Shown: piece after piece, positions 1 to 9,359 of the stretch | Numbering within the stretch: position 1 is the stretch's first letter | How the letters are laid out: every line of letters starts with the position of its first letter | Assembly (NCBI GenBank): GCA_965222375.1 | Contig: CBDCTZ010000016.1 | Span: 1,312,001 to 1,376,000, forward strand | Origin: Polyangiaceae bacterium | GTDB taxonomy: Bacteria; Myxococcota_A; Polyangia; Polyangiales; Polyangiaceae | Length of the DNA: 64,000 nt | Reading direction: 5' to 3' | Position numbers and translations under genes: made by a program | Notes under the pieces: generated by a model | Seen by the model: only the letters and a program-made list of their open reading frames with translations | Told to the model about the DNA's origin: nothing | Database searches by the model: none

Positions 1-97
1 GACCGGGGAAGCCAACGTCAACGCTGGTCTGGCAGCGGCACGTCAGATCGTCGGCTTCTTCGAAAACGGCGATCGCACTTACGTCGTCAATCCTTGA
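1..97 (+). CDS. 3' end of a probable D-2-hydroxyacid/phosphoglycerate dehydrogenase (partial, cut by window edge)
   Basis: Frame 2 reads TGEANVNAGLAAARQIVGFFENGDRTYVVNP-stop (TGA 95-97), resembling the C-terminus of short SerA-type dehydrogenases. Confidence 0.55.
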   Translation, partial: TGEANVNAGLAAARQIVGFFENGDRTYVVNP

Positions 98-122
98 GTC
101 GCGAGGGCTGAGGGGGGCGGCG

Positions 123-1853
123 ATGTTCGTTTGCCCGGAGTGCGGCAGGAGCCAAGAGGCGCCCGGCTTCTGTACTGAAGACGGAACCGCGTACGCTGAC
201 GGCAGCGCCGACCGCCTGCTGGGCCAGCTGGTCGGCCGCTATCGCGTTGCCCGCATGATCGGCAAAGGCGGCATGGGCGAGGTGTACCTCGGCGTGCAGC
301 CGGAGATCGGCAGTCGAGTGGCCATCAAGGTGCTGCCCCCGGAACGCGCCGAGAACCACACTTTGGTCGATCGCTTCTTCGCTGAAGCGCGCGCGGTGAA
401 CCTGATCCGTCACGAAGGCATCGTGAACGTGCTGGATCTGTCGACCTTGCCCGATGGTCGCCCCTTCATCGTGATGGAGTTCTTAGAAGGCGCTCCCCTA
501 TCCAGCGTCATTGCGCGCGGGCCCATCCCCTTGGGCACGCTGGCGAACCTCGCCATTGACGTCGCGGGCGCCCTCGGCGCGGCGCATGGCGCGGGGATCA
601 TCCATCGTGACCTCAAGCCGGACAACGTGTTCGTGACGGCGATCGGTCGCCCCAAGGTCCTGGACTTCGGCATCGCCAAGCTCCGTCCCGAACTCGGCGC
701 AGGCGATGTTGCCACTCAAACCGGAGCACTCCTGGGCACGCCCCACTACATGTCGTCGGAACAGGCTCTGGGGCGGGCCGTGGACCACCGCTCAGATATC
801 TACTCCCTGGGCGTCATTCTGTTCGAGGCCGCAACCGGTCAAAGACCCTTCGACTCGGACTCGCTCTTCGAGCTGCTTAAGCATCATGTGGAAACGCCTG
901 CACCCTCGCCGCTGTCCCTCAAACCGGACATGCCGCCTGCCTACGCGGCCGTCATCCTGCGCACCCTCGAGAAGGACCCAGACGCCCGCTTTCAATCTGC
1001 CGACGAGCTGGGCCATGCACTGCACGACGCAGCACGAGCACTCGATGAGTCCGCCTATGCTTCGCTATCCCGCTACGGCTCACTGCCCCCGTCCGGTGGC
1101 GCGCTCGCGCCCCACCACAGCTCGGGTTCCGCTCGAGTATCGGCCGTCGCACCCACTGCGCCAGGAGTGGGGACGACGATTGGACAGCCCGAGGCGCCGC
1201 CGCCCCCTAGCTTCCGATTGTGGCCCATCCTGGTTGCGCTCGGCATCGTCGTGCTCGGGGGCGCGGCCTTGATCGGTTTCGTTTTCGTGCTTGGCAGCCA
1301 GGGTCTTAGGCTGTCAGAGGCCCAAGCACCGGTGCCGGGAGCACCGGTCGGAAGCGAAGCCGTGAAGGGGCCGGGCATGAGCTATCGCACCCGAGCGGGC
1401 GGCTGGAATCAGAAACGCTTCGAGATCGAGCCCGCCTTTGCGCTTGGGGAAAAGGAGGCGCGGCATTACTTCAGCGACGCCACCTTGGTCAGTTTCATCG
1501 CCACCGGCGCTAAGCTCGATGGCACCGTCGACCTCACGGCCTCTGGTTCGGCGGTGTCCATGACCTTTCGCTCGCCAGCAGCGTCCGCGGGCAAGCGCAT
1601 GGGCCGGTGCCTCGTCAGCGTCTCGATGTCCGAGGAGTACCTGACCTCTGCCGTCTTGAGTTCCTCCCCCTGCTACCAACTCGCCATCGGCCGACCCAAA
1701 TGCAGCGTGAAGGAAGTGTACAAGAAGGCGCGCGCCACTGGATTCGAACCCAAGGAGTCGATGAGTTTGACGTTCACACAATACGGTACGAGCCCGGCCT
1801 GGCAGCTGGAAGGCAAGGACGGAGCGAAAGGCCTCGTGCTCGACGACTGCTGA
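123..1853 (+). CDS. Membrane Ser/Thr protein kinase with N-terminal Zn-ribbon-like motif and periplasmic C-terminal domain
   Basis: GKGGMGEVY, VAIK, HRDLKPDN, DFG, GTPHYMSSEQ; N-terminal CPECG...CTEDG; one hydrophobic TM segment. Confidence 0.95.
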   Translation: MFVCPECGRSQEAPGFCTEDGTAYADGSADRLLGQLVGRYRVARMIGKGGMGEVYLGVQPEIGSRVAIKVLPPERAENHTLVDRFFAEARAVNLIRHEGIVNVLDLSTLPDGRPFIVMEFLEGAPLSSVIARGPIPLGTLANLAIDVAGALGAAHGAGIIHRDLKPDNVFVTAIGRPKVLDFGIAKLRPELGAGDVATQTGALLGTPHYMSSEQALGRAVDHRSDIYSLGVILFEAATGQRPFDSDSLFELLKHHVETPAPSPLSLKPDMPPAYAAVILRTLEKDPDARFQSADELGHALHDAARALDESAYASLSRYGSLPPSGGALAPHHSSGSARVSAVAPTAPGVGTTIGQPEAPPPPSFRLWPILVALGIVVLGGAALIGFVFVLGSQGLRLSEAQAPVPGAPVGSEAVKGPGMSYRTRAGGWNQKRFEIEPAFALGEKEARHYFSDATLVSFIATGAKLDGTVDLTASGSAVSMTFRSPAASAGKRMGRCLVSVSMSEEYLTSAVLSSSPCYQLAIGRPKCSVKEVYKKARATGFEPKESMSLTFTQYGTSPAWQLEGKDGAKGLVLDDC

Positions 1854-1935
1854 GCGACTGCAAATCTTTCCGCAAAGCTTTCAAAGAACGCAGTGACTGC
1901 AGTAATGGAAACGACGAAACCTGAAGAAGGGGGGT

Positions 1936-1951
1936 TGGCACGTCCCTCGCA
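1936..1951 (+). promoter_or_regulatory. Putative sigma54 (-24/-12) promoter
   Basis: TGGCACG-TCCC-TCGCA, one mismatch to TGGCACG-N4-TTGCW; lies upstream of a GGAGG RBS and the ATG at 1977. Confidence 0.55.
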
Positions 1952-1976
1952 CCGTCCAGCCTTACGGAGGGTACCC

Positions 1977-2297
1977 ATGCGCGTAATACACTTGATCACC
2001 TCAGCCCTTGTCATCGCCCCCCTCGCTCTAGGCTGCGAGAAGAAGGCAGAACCCATTTGCCCCAAGGGTGCTGAAGTAACCCTCTCCGGCAATCACGGTC
2101 ACACTTCCGAGCTGGGAGCCGAGAAACTCAAGAAGGGCAGCTCGGCCAAAGCGCCCGTCAAGGGCGGCACTCACGAGCACGCCATCGTGCTGCGTACGGA
2201 AGACGTCGAGAGCCTGCACACCAGCAAGTCGGTCAAATCCCGTACGAGTAGCGTGAACGCCCACGTGCACGAAATCGAAGTGCGTTGTAAGCCCTGA
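1977..2297 (+). CDS. Small His-rich lipoprotein (putative metal binding)
   Basis: RBS GGAGG, lipobox LALGC, three HxH motifs (NHGH, THEH, AHVH). Confidence 0.8.
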   Translation: MRVIHLITSALVIAPLALGCEKKAEPICPKGAEVTLSGNHGHTSELGAEKLKKGSSAKAPVKGGTHEHAIVLRTEDVESLHTSKSVKSRTSSVNAHVHEIEVRCKP

Positions 2298-2326
2298 CGG
2301 GCCACGCTCTGCTAGGCTCGACAGCC

Positions 2327-3109
2327 GTGCGGCTTGGTTTCGCTGCGGCGGCGATTTCGATCAGTGTTTTAGGCGCACCCCAGGCGCGCGCGGCGCCCAA
2401 CACGGATCGCTGCCTCGAGGCCTACGTCAGCGCGCAGCGGCTGCAAAAGAAACGTGAGCTCGTCGGAGCCAAGAAAGAGCTGATCGTTTGCGCGCAGCCC
2501 AGTTGTCCGGGCCAAATTGTGAAGGACTGCACGGCCTGGCTCGCCGACGTGGAGCGCCGCACGCCCACGCTCGTGGTTGACGTGAGCGACGGGTCTGACC
2601 GGATCTTGCCGACTCAGGTGCTCGTGGACGGCACGGCCATCGCTCCGCCGCGCCGGGGCGCTGCCTTTGAAGTCGACCCCGGCGAGCGAGAGCTCGTGGT
2701 CGTCTTGCCTGGAGGCAAGCGGCTCGTTCAGATCGTGGTGGTGCTGGAGGGCGAGCGAGAGAAGCGGGTGAGCTTCAGCGCTGAAAAGCCCGCTGCCGCG
2801 GCCAGTCGAGACATGCTGCCGGTCTACGCCTTCGGAGTCACCAGCGCCCTGGCTCTGGGCAGCTTCACGTTCTTCGCGCTGCGCAGCCACGACAAGAGAA
2901 ACGATCTCGACGCTTGCAAAGGAAGCTGTAGCGAAGATTCAGTGAACCAGGTGCGCCGCGAACAGATCGCGGCCGACATTTCGCTCTTGGTCGCCTTGGT
3001 CAGCGGGGGCGCCGCCACCTATTTCGCCCTCAAACCCGTCGAGGAGGTGCAGGTCGGCGCCGCCGTGGGATCGGCTCACGCCTTTGCCACCTTGAGTCGA
3101 CACTTCTGA
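2327..3109 (+). CDS. Secreted/membrane protein with Cys-helical N-domain, PEGA-like domain and C-terminal hydrophobic helices
   Basis: Signal peptide, C...CAQPSCP...DC..W segment, VLVDG/VDPGE PEGA-like segment, two hydrophobic stretches. Confidence 0.75.
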   Translation: MRLGFAAAAISISVLGAPQARAAPNTDRCLEAYVSAQRLQKKRELVGAKKELIVCAQPSCPGQIVKDCTAWLADVERRTPTLVVDVSDGSDRILPTQVLVDGTAIAPPRRGAAFEVDPGERELVVVLPGGKRLVQIVVVLEGEREKRVSFSAEKPAAAASRDMLPVYAFGVTSALALGSFTFFALRSHDKRNDLDACKGSCSEDSVNQVRREQIAADISLLVALVSGGAATYFALKPVEEVQVGAAVGSAHAFATLSRHF

Positions 3110-3205
3110 CTAGCGAAACTTTTTCGCGCTCATGCGTTGACGGCGGGGCCGCATGAGGTCAAAGTGCACATCGGCCCGCGGGCCGAATGCCTTCGGGAGG
3201 GCAAG

Positions 3206-4405
3206 ATGCACTCGGTTTCTTGGCGGTTTTTCGGTTTGGGTTTGCTGGCGATGGGTGCGCTCGTGGTTGCGTGCAGCGCCGACAGTGCAGGTGCTGACAA
3301 CAGGGCCACCGGTGGCGGTACCAGTAGCGGTGGCTCGGGTGCCGGCGGCGGTGCATCCGGCAGCGGTGGCGGCATCAACACCGGCGGAAGCGGCGCGGGC
3401 ATCAACCTCGACTCCGGAACCGGGGCGAGCGGCGGTAGCGATGCTGCGTGTGCCGAGACGACAGCTGCAGCGGGTCCACCACAGCCTCTTCCCGCCGACA
3501 TCATCTGGGCAGTGGATCAGTCCGGCAGCATGGACCAGGAAACCCAGTACGTACAAAGCAAGATCAACGACTTTGCCAACCAGATCGCTGCCACGAGTAT
3601 CGACTATCGCGTGGTGATGATCGCGTCGAAGAGCGGGGGCAACCCAATTTGTGTACCGCCGCCGCTGTCCGGCGGTGGTTGCGGCAATGGTCCTCGCTTC
3701 CGGCTGGTGGACGTCAAGGTCGACAGCAACGACGCACTGAACAAGATCATCAACAACTACTCCAAGTACTCGGACTTCTTGCGTCCCAATTCAGTCAAAC
3801 ACTTCGTGGTGGTCTCCGATGACGATGCCACGGATGGTCCCAATGACTCTGCGCAGGCCTTTGCCAATTCCTTGGCGGCGCTCACGCCACCTGGGATGTT
3901 TGCGAAGTGGAAGTTTCACGCGATCTTCTCCTATGGGCCAGGTCTGCCCATCTTGGGCTGCGTCGGACCCTTCGGTACCGGAGCCGCCATCGGGCTGGTT
4001 TACGACGCGCTGACCAAGCTGCCGCAGAATGGCGGTGCCAAGGGCGTCATCTGTCTCGACAACTGGCAGCCGGTATTCAACGCTATCAAGACCGCGGTGG
4101 TGCAGGGCTCCAAGGTCAGTTGCGACTACACCGTGCCGGATCCCGGAGGCGGTCAGACCGTCGACCCCACCAAGGTCAACGTGGACTACTTGCCCGGCGG
4201 CAATCCGCCGGCTCAGCCCATCTTCCGCGTGAATGACCTTGGTGGTTGTCAGGGCGGTGGCACCGGTGGTTGGTACTTCGACAACAACGCAGCCCCCACC
4301 AAGATCTTGCTCTGCCCCGCCACTTGCACCGCCGTGCAGTCGGATTCTGCAGCCAAGATAGACGTGAAGTTCGGTTGCGATAGCGTCTACCAACCACCCA
4401 AGTGA
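3206..4405 (+). CDS. VWA-domain lipoprotein
   Basis: Lipobox VVAC, Gly-rich linker, MIDAS-type DQSGSM, VVVSDD, Cys-rich C-terminal domain (GWYFD...LCPATC). Confidence 0.85.
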   Translation: MHSVSWRFFGLGLLAMGALVVACSADSAGADNRATGGGTSSGGSGAGGGASGSGGGINTGGSGAGINLDSGTGASGGSDAACAETTAAAGPPQPLPADIIWAVDQSGSMDQETQYVQSKINDFANQIAATSIDYRVVMIASKSGGNPICVPPPLSGGGCGNGPRFRLVDVKVDSNDALNKIINNYSKYSDFLRPNSVKHFVVVSDDDATDGPNDSAQAFANSLAALTPPGMFAKWKFHAIFSYGPGLPILGCVGPFGTGAAIGLVYDALTKLPQNGGAKGVICLDNWQPVFNAIKTAVVQGSKVSCDYTVPDPGGGQTVDPTKVNVDYLPGGNPPAQPIFRVNDLGGCQGGGTGGWYFDNNAAPTKILLCPATCTAVQSDSAAKIDVKFGCDSVYQPPK

Positions 4406-4458
4406 GCGCTGACACGCGCTGACAGTGTCAGGCGTGTAAGCGTTTGATTTGGTTTGGG

Positions 4459-4500
4459 TTTTTGTCGCATCACTGTTGCGCGCTCAATCCCTAATCTCGC
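4459..4500 (+). promoter_or_regulatory. Bipartite motif copy 1 (GTCGCA-N21-CTAATCTCGC), putative promoter
   Basis: Same two boxes and 21-nt spacer as the copies at 12929, 31065 and 59477; ends 30 nt before ATG 4531. Confidence 0.7.
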
Positions 4501-4530
4501 GTTTATTCTGAATTTTGCACCGGTTCCGCC

Positions 4531-5976
4531 ATGGACCAGCGGTTGCACAAGCCGCTAGGCATGTGGACCCGCCTCGCAGCCGTCGCCGTCTTGTCAGCAT
4601 TCACCTTGGGCTGTGGTGCCGCCGAACCCGGAGACGAAGTCGTCGGAACCGTGCAGGAGGCCGTGAGCGCGCCCCTTGCCGCTGCCTATTGCATGGCTCA
4701 GGTTATCGGCAAGGGTGCCAAGTCTACTGAGGACGACTACTTGCCCCACGTCATCACTTGCGAGAACGGTGGCGCGAACCTGGAGGCCCTCAAGGCTCAA
4801 GCCATCGCCGCCCGATCGGTCCTCTACTACAACATGGCAACGAGTGGCTCCATCTGTGACAGCCAGGGCTGTCAGGTCTACTCCTGCGGTGCCGCCCCTC
4901 AGGCCAAGCACTACCAAGCGGTCAAGGAGACCGCCGGCATGTACCTCTCCTACGCCGGGACGCTGACCTATGGGTTCTACGTCGCGGGCGATAGCGGAGT
5001 GAAGGCGCCGAGCTGCAAGGACTACAGCGGCTCGACCACCAAGTACATCACTTACAACGAAGGCAAGACCGGTACAGCCGTCAAGCAGACCAGCCTGGGC
5101 TGGATTGGCCCTGCGGGCAACGGTCAGAATCGCGGCTGCATGGGGCAGTGGGGAGCGCGCTGCCTCGAGAATCACAAGGGCTACGACTACAAACAGATCC
5201 TGCGCTTCTACTACGGAGCCGATCTGCAGATCCTGAAAGCAACAGGTCCTTGCACTAAAGGCTGCGAACCGACCCATTGCGAAGGCAGCAAGATGGTCAG
5301 CGCGTGTGGCAAAGGCGATTGCGCCGCCTTCGGTGCAGACTGTGTCAAAGACTCCCTCGGCGTGCGCTGCGTCAGCGTGTTTTGCCCGGCAAAGGGCAAG
5401 ACCAAAGCCTGCATGGACGACTCATTGATCATCGATTGCAATGATGGTGCACCGTCCGAACCCGGCGATTGCAGTGCGTACGCGGCCTACTGTTCCACCG
5501 CAGGGGTCAGTAGCGCGCGGTGTGTCAGCGCATTCTGCGTCAAGGGGCCAAACGAAGTTCCGAAGGCGCATGACATCTGCATGCCAGATGGGACCCTCGC
5601 GCGTTGCACCAGCGCCGGGCTGCCGAAAAATGCCACAGCGTGTCCAAGTGGAACCAAGTGCGTCGCAAAGAACGGTGGTGCTTCTTGCGAGGCGGGCGGC
5701 TCTGGGACAGCTGGCGCCACTGGCGCCACTGGCGCTGGGGGCAGCGCGGGCAGCGCCGGTGCCGGTCTAGCTGGCGCCCCTTGGGAGAACCCAGATCCGA
5801 GCGGCGGCGCTGCGTCAGCCTCGCATCAGACGCGCATCGATTCCGCAGATGACGGTGGTTGCCGCGTGGCGGCCCCGCGCGGGAAGAGACGTCGGATGCC
5901 ATGGCTGTTCATGCTGGCTGCTTCGGTAGTATTTGCCCTGCGCCGCAAGGGCCGTGCCACGGAGGTTGCGCGATGA
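4531..5976 (+). CDS. SpoIID/LytB-domain peptidoglycan lytic transglycosylase-like protein with Cys-rich repeats and MYXO-CTERM-like anchor
   Basis: EALKAQAIAARS, ICDSQGCQVY and MGQWGA...YKQILRFYYG motifs; C-terminal GGC-hydrophobic-RRK tail. Confidence 0.85.
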   Translation: MDQRLHKPLGMWTRLAAVAVLSAFTLGCGAAEPGDEVVGTVQEAVSAPLAAAYCMAQVIGKGAKSTEDDYLPHVITCENGGANLEALKAQAIAARSVLYYNMATSGSICDSQGCQVYSCGAAPQAKHYQAVKETAGMYLSYAGTLTYGFYVAGDSGVKAPSCKDYSGSTTKYITYNEGKTGTAVKQTSLGWIGPAGNGQNRGCMGQWGARCLENHKGYDYKQILRFYYGADLQILKATGPCTKGCEPTHCEGSKMVSACGKGDCAAFGADCVKDSLGVRCVSVFCPAKGKTKACMDDSLIIDCNDGAPSEPGDCSAYAAYCSTAGVSSARCVSAFCVKGPNEVPKAHDICMPDGTLARCTSAGLPKNATACPSGTKCVAKNGGASCEAGGSGTAGATGATGAGGSAGSAGAGLAGAPWENPDPSGGAASASHQTRIDSADDGGCRVAAPRGKRRRMPWLFMLAASVVFALRRKGRATEVAR

Positions 5977-7433
5977 GTTGGGCGCATTGGATCGCTGGCC
6001 TGGCAAGCCTGGCTTGGCTCGGCAGCATGGGCTGCAGCGTGGAAGTTGCGGACGAAGAGCGAGAGCGGGAGAGCCCTCCCGCCGCTACTGTCGCCGAAGA
6101 GCTGTCCAGCATTTCGTGTTCGGAGAAGAAGGATACGGGCTACACCAAAGGCAACTCGTTTCCGATCACTGTCGTCACTGTGGACGGCAAACCCGTGGAG
6201 AAAGACACCGCGAACGCCTACTACGTCATGGCCCAAGCTGCGGCCAAGGCCGGGGTCACGCTGAAGATCGTGAGTGGCTTTCGCACGATGGCTCAGCAGC
6301 AGTACCTCTACAGCTGCTACGTGAACTGCAATTGCAACGGCTGCAACCTGGCAGCAAAACCCGGTTACAGCAATCACCAGAGCGGCCACGCTCTCGATCT
6401 GAATACGTCTTCTCCTGGCGTGCTGAATTGGCTCAATGCAAACGGGGCCAAGTACGGCTTTTCACGTACAGTGCCGAGCGAATCGTGGCATTGGGAGTGG
6501 TGGGGTGGCGGCCCGGGTGGTGGGCCTTGCAGCTGCGAGCCCACTCACTGCGAGGGCAGCAAGATCGTCAGCGGCTGCGGCAAGGGTGATTGCGCAGCTT
6601 ACGGCGCGAACTGCGTGAAGGATTCAAAGGGCGTTCGATGCGTGAGCGTGTTCTGCCCAGCCACGGGCAGCAAGAAGGTGTGCTTGGACGCGGACAGGTT
6701 GGGCACCTGCAAAGACGGTGGCATCACCTCGGGTAGCTGCGGCGCTTTTGGTGCCACTTGCGTGGAGGACTCCTTGGGCGCCCGGTGCGTGAGCGTGTTC
6801 TGCCCCGCCAAGGGCAAGAAGAAGGTTTGCATTGACGATTCCAAGATCTTGGAGTGCAACAACGGTGCTCCGTCGAATCCCGGAGACTGCGCGGCCTTTG
6901 GCGCGTATTGTTCTGAAGTCGGGACCACCAGTGCTCGTTGCGTCAGCGCGTTCTGCGTCGCTGGGCCCAAAGAAGTGCCCAAGGCCCATGACGTATGCCT
7001 ACCCGATGGTCGCATCGCCTACTGCACTAAAGCAGGCGCCCTCACGGGAGTGAAGAAGTGCGCGGACGGCAGTCCCTGCGACAGCACTGGTGGTGTTGCC
7101 AAGTGCCCTGATGGCACGAACTCGAACCCCGGAAGTGGCGGCGCCGGTAGCGCCGGTGCCGCGGGCAGCGCCGGGATGCCTTGGGGCGATCCCCACGGAG
7201 ATCCGATTGGCACTGCGGGTCAGGGGGTCGAACCCGCCCCGTCCCGGGTTGCTTCTGGCGACGGAGACGGCGGCTGCAGCCTTTCGCCCCGCGGAAGCTC
7301 ACGATTGGGAGCGGCATGGTGGCTTGCTCTTGCCGGCGTGCTGATCGCCGGCCGGCGTCGGTCTACTTGCGCTGGCATTCCGCGGCGGGCAGTGCTGCGC
7401 CGCAGCCGCACGCCCCGAGAGCAATCTCTTTGA
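5973..7433 (+). CDS. M15 (VanY-like) Zn carboxypeptidase with Cys-rich repeats and MYXO-CTERM-like anchor
   Basis: [15 protein letters not shown] (SxHxxGxAxD), ESWH; ATGA overlap with the upstream stop; GGCS...hydrophobic-RRR tail. Confidence 0.88.
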   Translation: MSWAHWIAGLASLAWLGSMGCSVEVADEERERESPPAATVAEELSSISCSEKKDTGYTKGNSFPITVVTVDGKPVEKDTANAYYVMAQAAAKAGVTLKIVSGFRTMAQQQYLYSCYVNCNCNGCNLAAKPGYSNHQSGHALDLNTSSPGVLNWLNANGAKYGFSRTVPSESWHWEWWGGGPGGGPCSCEPTHCEGSKIVSGCGKGDCAAYGANCVKDSKGVRCVSVFCPATGSKKVCLDADRLGTCKDGGITSGSCGAFGATCVEDSLGARCVSVFCPAKGKKKVCIDDSKILECNNGAPSNPGDCAAFGAYCSEVGTTSARCVSAFCVAGPKEVPKAHDVCLPDGRIAYCTKAGALTGVKKCADGSPCDSTGGVAKCPDGTNSNPGSGGAGSAGAAGSAGMPWGDPHGDPIGTAGQGVEPAPSRVASGDGDGGCSLSPRGSSRLGAAWWLALAGVLIAGRRRSTCAGIPRRAVLRRSRTPREQSL

Positions 7434-7989
7434 CGAAGGAGTAACCCGGCGGGCACGCGTTCTTGCAGGGAGTGCTAGCACAGCAGACCTGAACCTTCGC
7501 CAAGCACGCCTGTTCGCAGCGCAGCCCGTTGATGCAAAACCCACAGTTGTCGGGCCCACCGCACTCCGTGTCGCAGATCAACGCGGCTGCGGCGTAGTAC
7601 CCAGCGGGGCACTTGCTGTTCGTGCTAGCGCACGCTTTCACGGATGGTCCCGCGCCTCCTTCATGCTGTACGCCAGTTTTCGGATCGCAGAAGTCAACGG
7701 TGCAGGAGTTCCCGTCGTCCAGCTTCGGCGGCTTGCCTGCGGCGCACTTGCCTTCGGGCAAACAGACCTCGTCGCCGTTGCACGCGTCGCCGTCGGCGCA
7801 GTCGGTCGCGTCCTTGCACTCCACCGTCGGGAAGCCCGATGCGCCAGCCGTGAACGCGCCCACGCCGCCGGTTCCACCCGAAGCAGAGGGCTGGCCACCG
7901 GTGGCGGCGGCAGGCCCCTCGAAGCCGTCGAGGGGTTCCACCAAGGTGCAGGCGACCAGGACGGGGAACAGCCCTAGCCAAGCGCGCAT
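7363..7989 (-). CDS. Cys-rich lipoprotein
   Basis: Lipobox LVAC, Gly linker, [11 protein letters not shown] and [13 protein letters not shown] motifs (slime-mould-repeat-like). Confidence 0.75.
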   Translation of the reverse strand: MRAWLGLFPVLVACTLVEPLDGFEGPAAATGGQPSASGGTGGVGAFTAGASGFPTVECKDATDCADGDACNGDEVCLPEGKCAAGKPPKLDDGNSCTVDFCDPKTGVQHEGGAGPSVKACASTNSKCPAGYYAAAALICDTECGGPDNCGFCINGLRCEQACLAKVQVCCASTPCKNACPPGYSFVKEIALGACGCGAALPAAECQRK

Positions 7990-8057
7990 GGCAGAAGCCT
8001 AGCACGTGGATTCGGATTTCAGCCGCGGCGACAGCGAGCTGGTAGACTCACGCGAAA

Positions 8058-9359
8058 ATGTCGGACGCCACCGAGACCCGGCACGAGTTGCTCAGCGAGA
8101 AGGCTGCGCGCCCGCGCCCCGGCATCCTGATTCTCTTTACGGAAGACCGGGACAGCTTCAGCCCGGTGCCGATCGGCATCGAGCGCACGAGTACAATCGG
8201 TCGCGACGAGTCGGCCAGCATTGTTTTGGACGATTCCCAGTCATCCAGGGTGCATGCGCAGCTGACTCCAGCCGACGGAGGCTTTCAGGTGCAAGACCTG
8301 CAGAGTCGCAATGGGAGCTTCGTGCGGGGAGCGCGCATCGACGCCGGCACCTTTCTGCCCTACGGCGGGACGCTGCGACTAGGCCGCTCCGTGGTGCTCG
8401 CGGTCATGGACGTGGAGCCGCACCGCATACCATCGAGTTCCGACACTGCGCTAATCGGTGCGGGAAACATCGAGGCCTTGCGCGCACGCATTCGTGAGAT
8501 TGGAACGCGCCCGGAGCCGGCGCTCGTCGAAGGTGAGACCGGCGTCGGCAAAGAGCGGGTGAGTGAGGCCTTGCACCTGGCGAGTCAACGACCCGGGCGC
8601 CTCGTGGCTGTCAACTGCGCGGCGCTTCCCAAGGACCTCGTCGAGGCGGAGTTGTTTGGACATGCCAAGGGTGCGTTTTCCGGATCCGATCGAGCCCGGG
8701 AAGGGCTGTTTCGCACCGCGACCCAGGGAACGCTCTTGTTAGACGAAGTGGGAGATCTGCCTGCCGAGGCCCAAGCCAAGTTGCTGCGCGTGCTCGAAAC
8801 TAACGAGGTCCGCGCAGTCGGTGAGGATCGAGCCGCGAGCGTGGATGTTCGTATCGTGGCGGCCACGAACGCGCCCCTCGAGCGACTAGTCAAAGATGGA
8901 CGTTTCCGCGCGGACCTCTTTCACCGCCTGGCAGCCTGGCGCGTCTCGGTACCCGCGTTGCGCGAACACCCCGAAGACATTCCGTGCCTGGTCGCACACT
9001 TCGAGCCGGGTGCGCGTTTCAGTGTCGAGGCGATGGAGGCCTTGCTGAACGCGGAGTGGCCGGGGAACGTGCGGGAACTCAAGAATGCCGTGCGCGCGGG
9101 CGCCGCCGGCGCTTCCGCGGTGGGTAGCACTCACGTCCAGCCTACGCATCTGCCAGGAGAGCTTGCGACGCCAGCTTCGCCTCGACGCGCTGGAGATCGC
9201 GAGAATGACGAAGTGTTCCGCGCCCGCCTCGATACAGCACTGACAGTGCGCGAGGGCAACGTCGCGCAAGTCGCGCGAGATCTCGGCGTCGGACGCCCTT
9301 GGCTGTATTCGGCTTTGAAGCGGCTTGCCATCAATCCGGCGTCTTACCGGAAGCCCTAG
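8058..9359 (+). CDS. FHA-domain sigma54-dependent transcriptional activator (EBP)
   Basis: FHA IGR...SRVHA...SRNGS; Walker A GETGVGKE; ELFGH-GAFSGS; LDEVG; WPGNVREL; Fis-type HTH. Confidence 0.95.
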   Translation: MSDATETRHELLSEKAARPRPGILILFTEDRDSFSPVPIGIERTSTIGRDESASIVLDDSQSSRVHAQLTPADGGFQVQDLQSRNGSFVRGARIDAGTFLPYGGTLRLGRSVVLAVMDVEPHRIPSSSDTALIGAGNIEALRARIREIGTRPEPALVEGETGVGKERVSEALHLASQRPGRLVAVNCAALPKDLVEAELFGHAKGAFSGSDRAREGLFRTATQGTLLLDEVGDLPAEAQAKLLRVLETNEVRAVGEDRAASVDVRIVAATNAPLERLVKDGRFRADLFHRLAAWRVSVPALREHPEDIPCLVAHFEPGARFSVEAMEALLNAEWPGNVRELKNAVRAGAAGASAVGSTHVQPTHLPGELATPASPRRAGDRENDEVFRARLDTALTVREGNVAQVARDLGVGRPWLYSALKRLAINPASYRKP

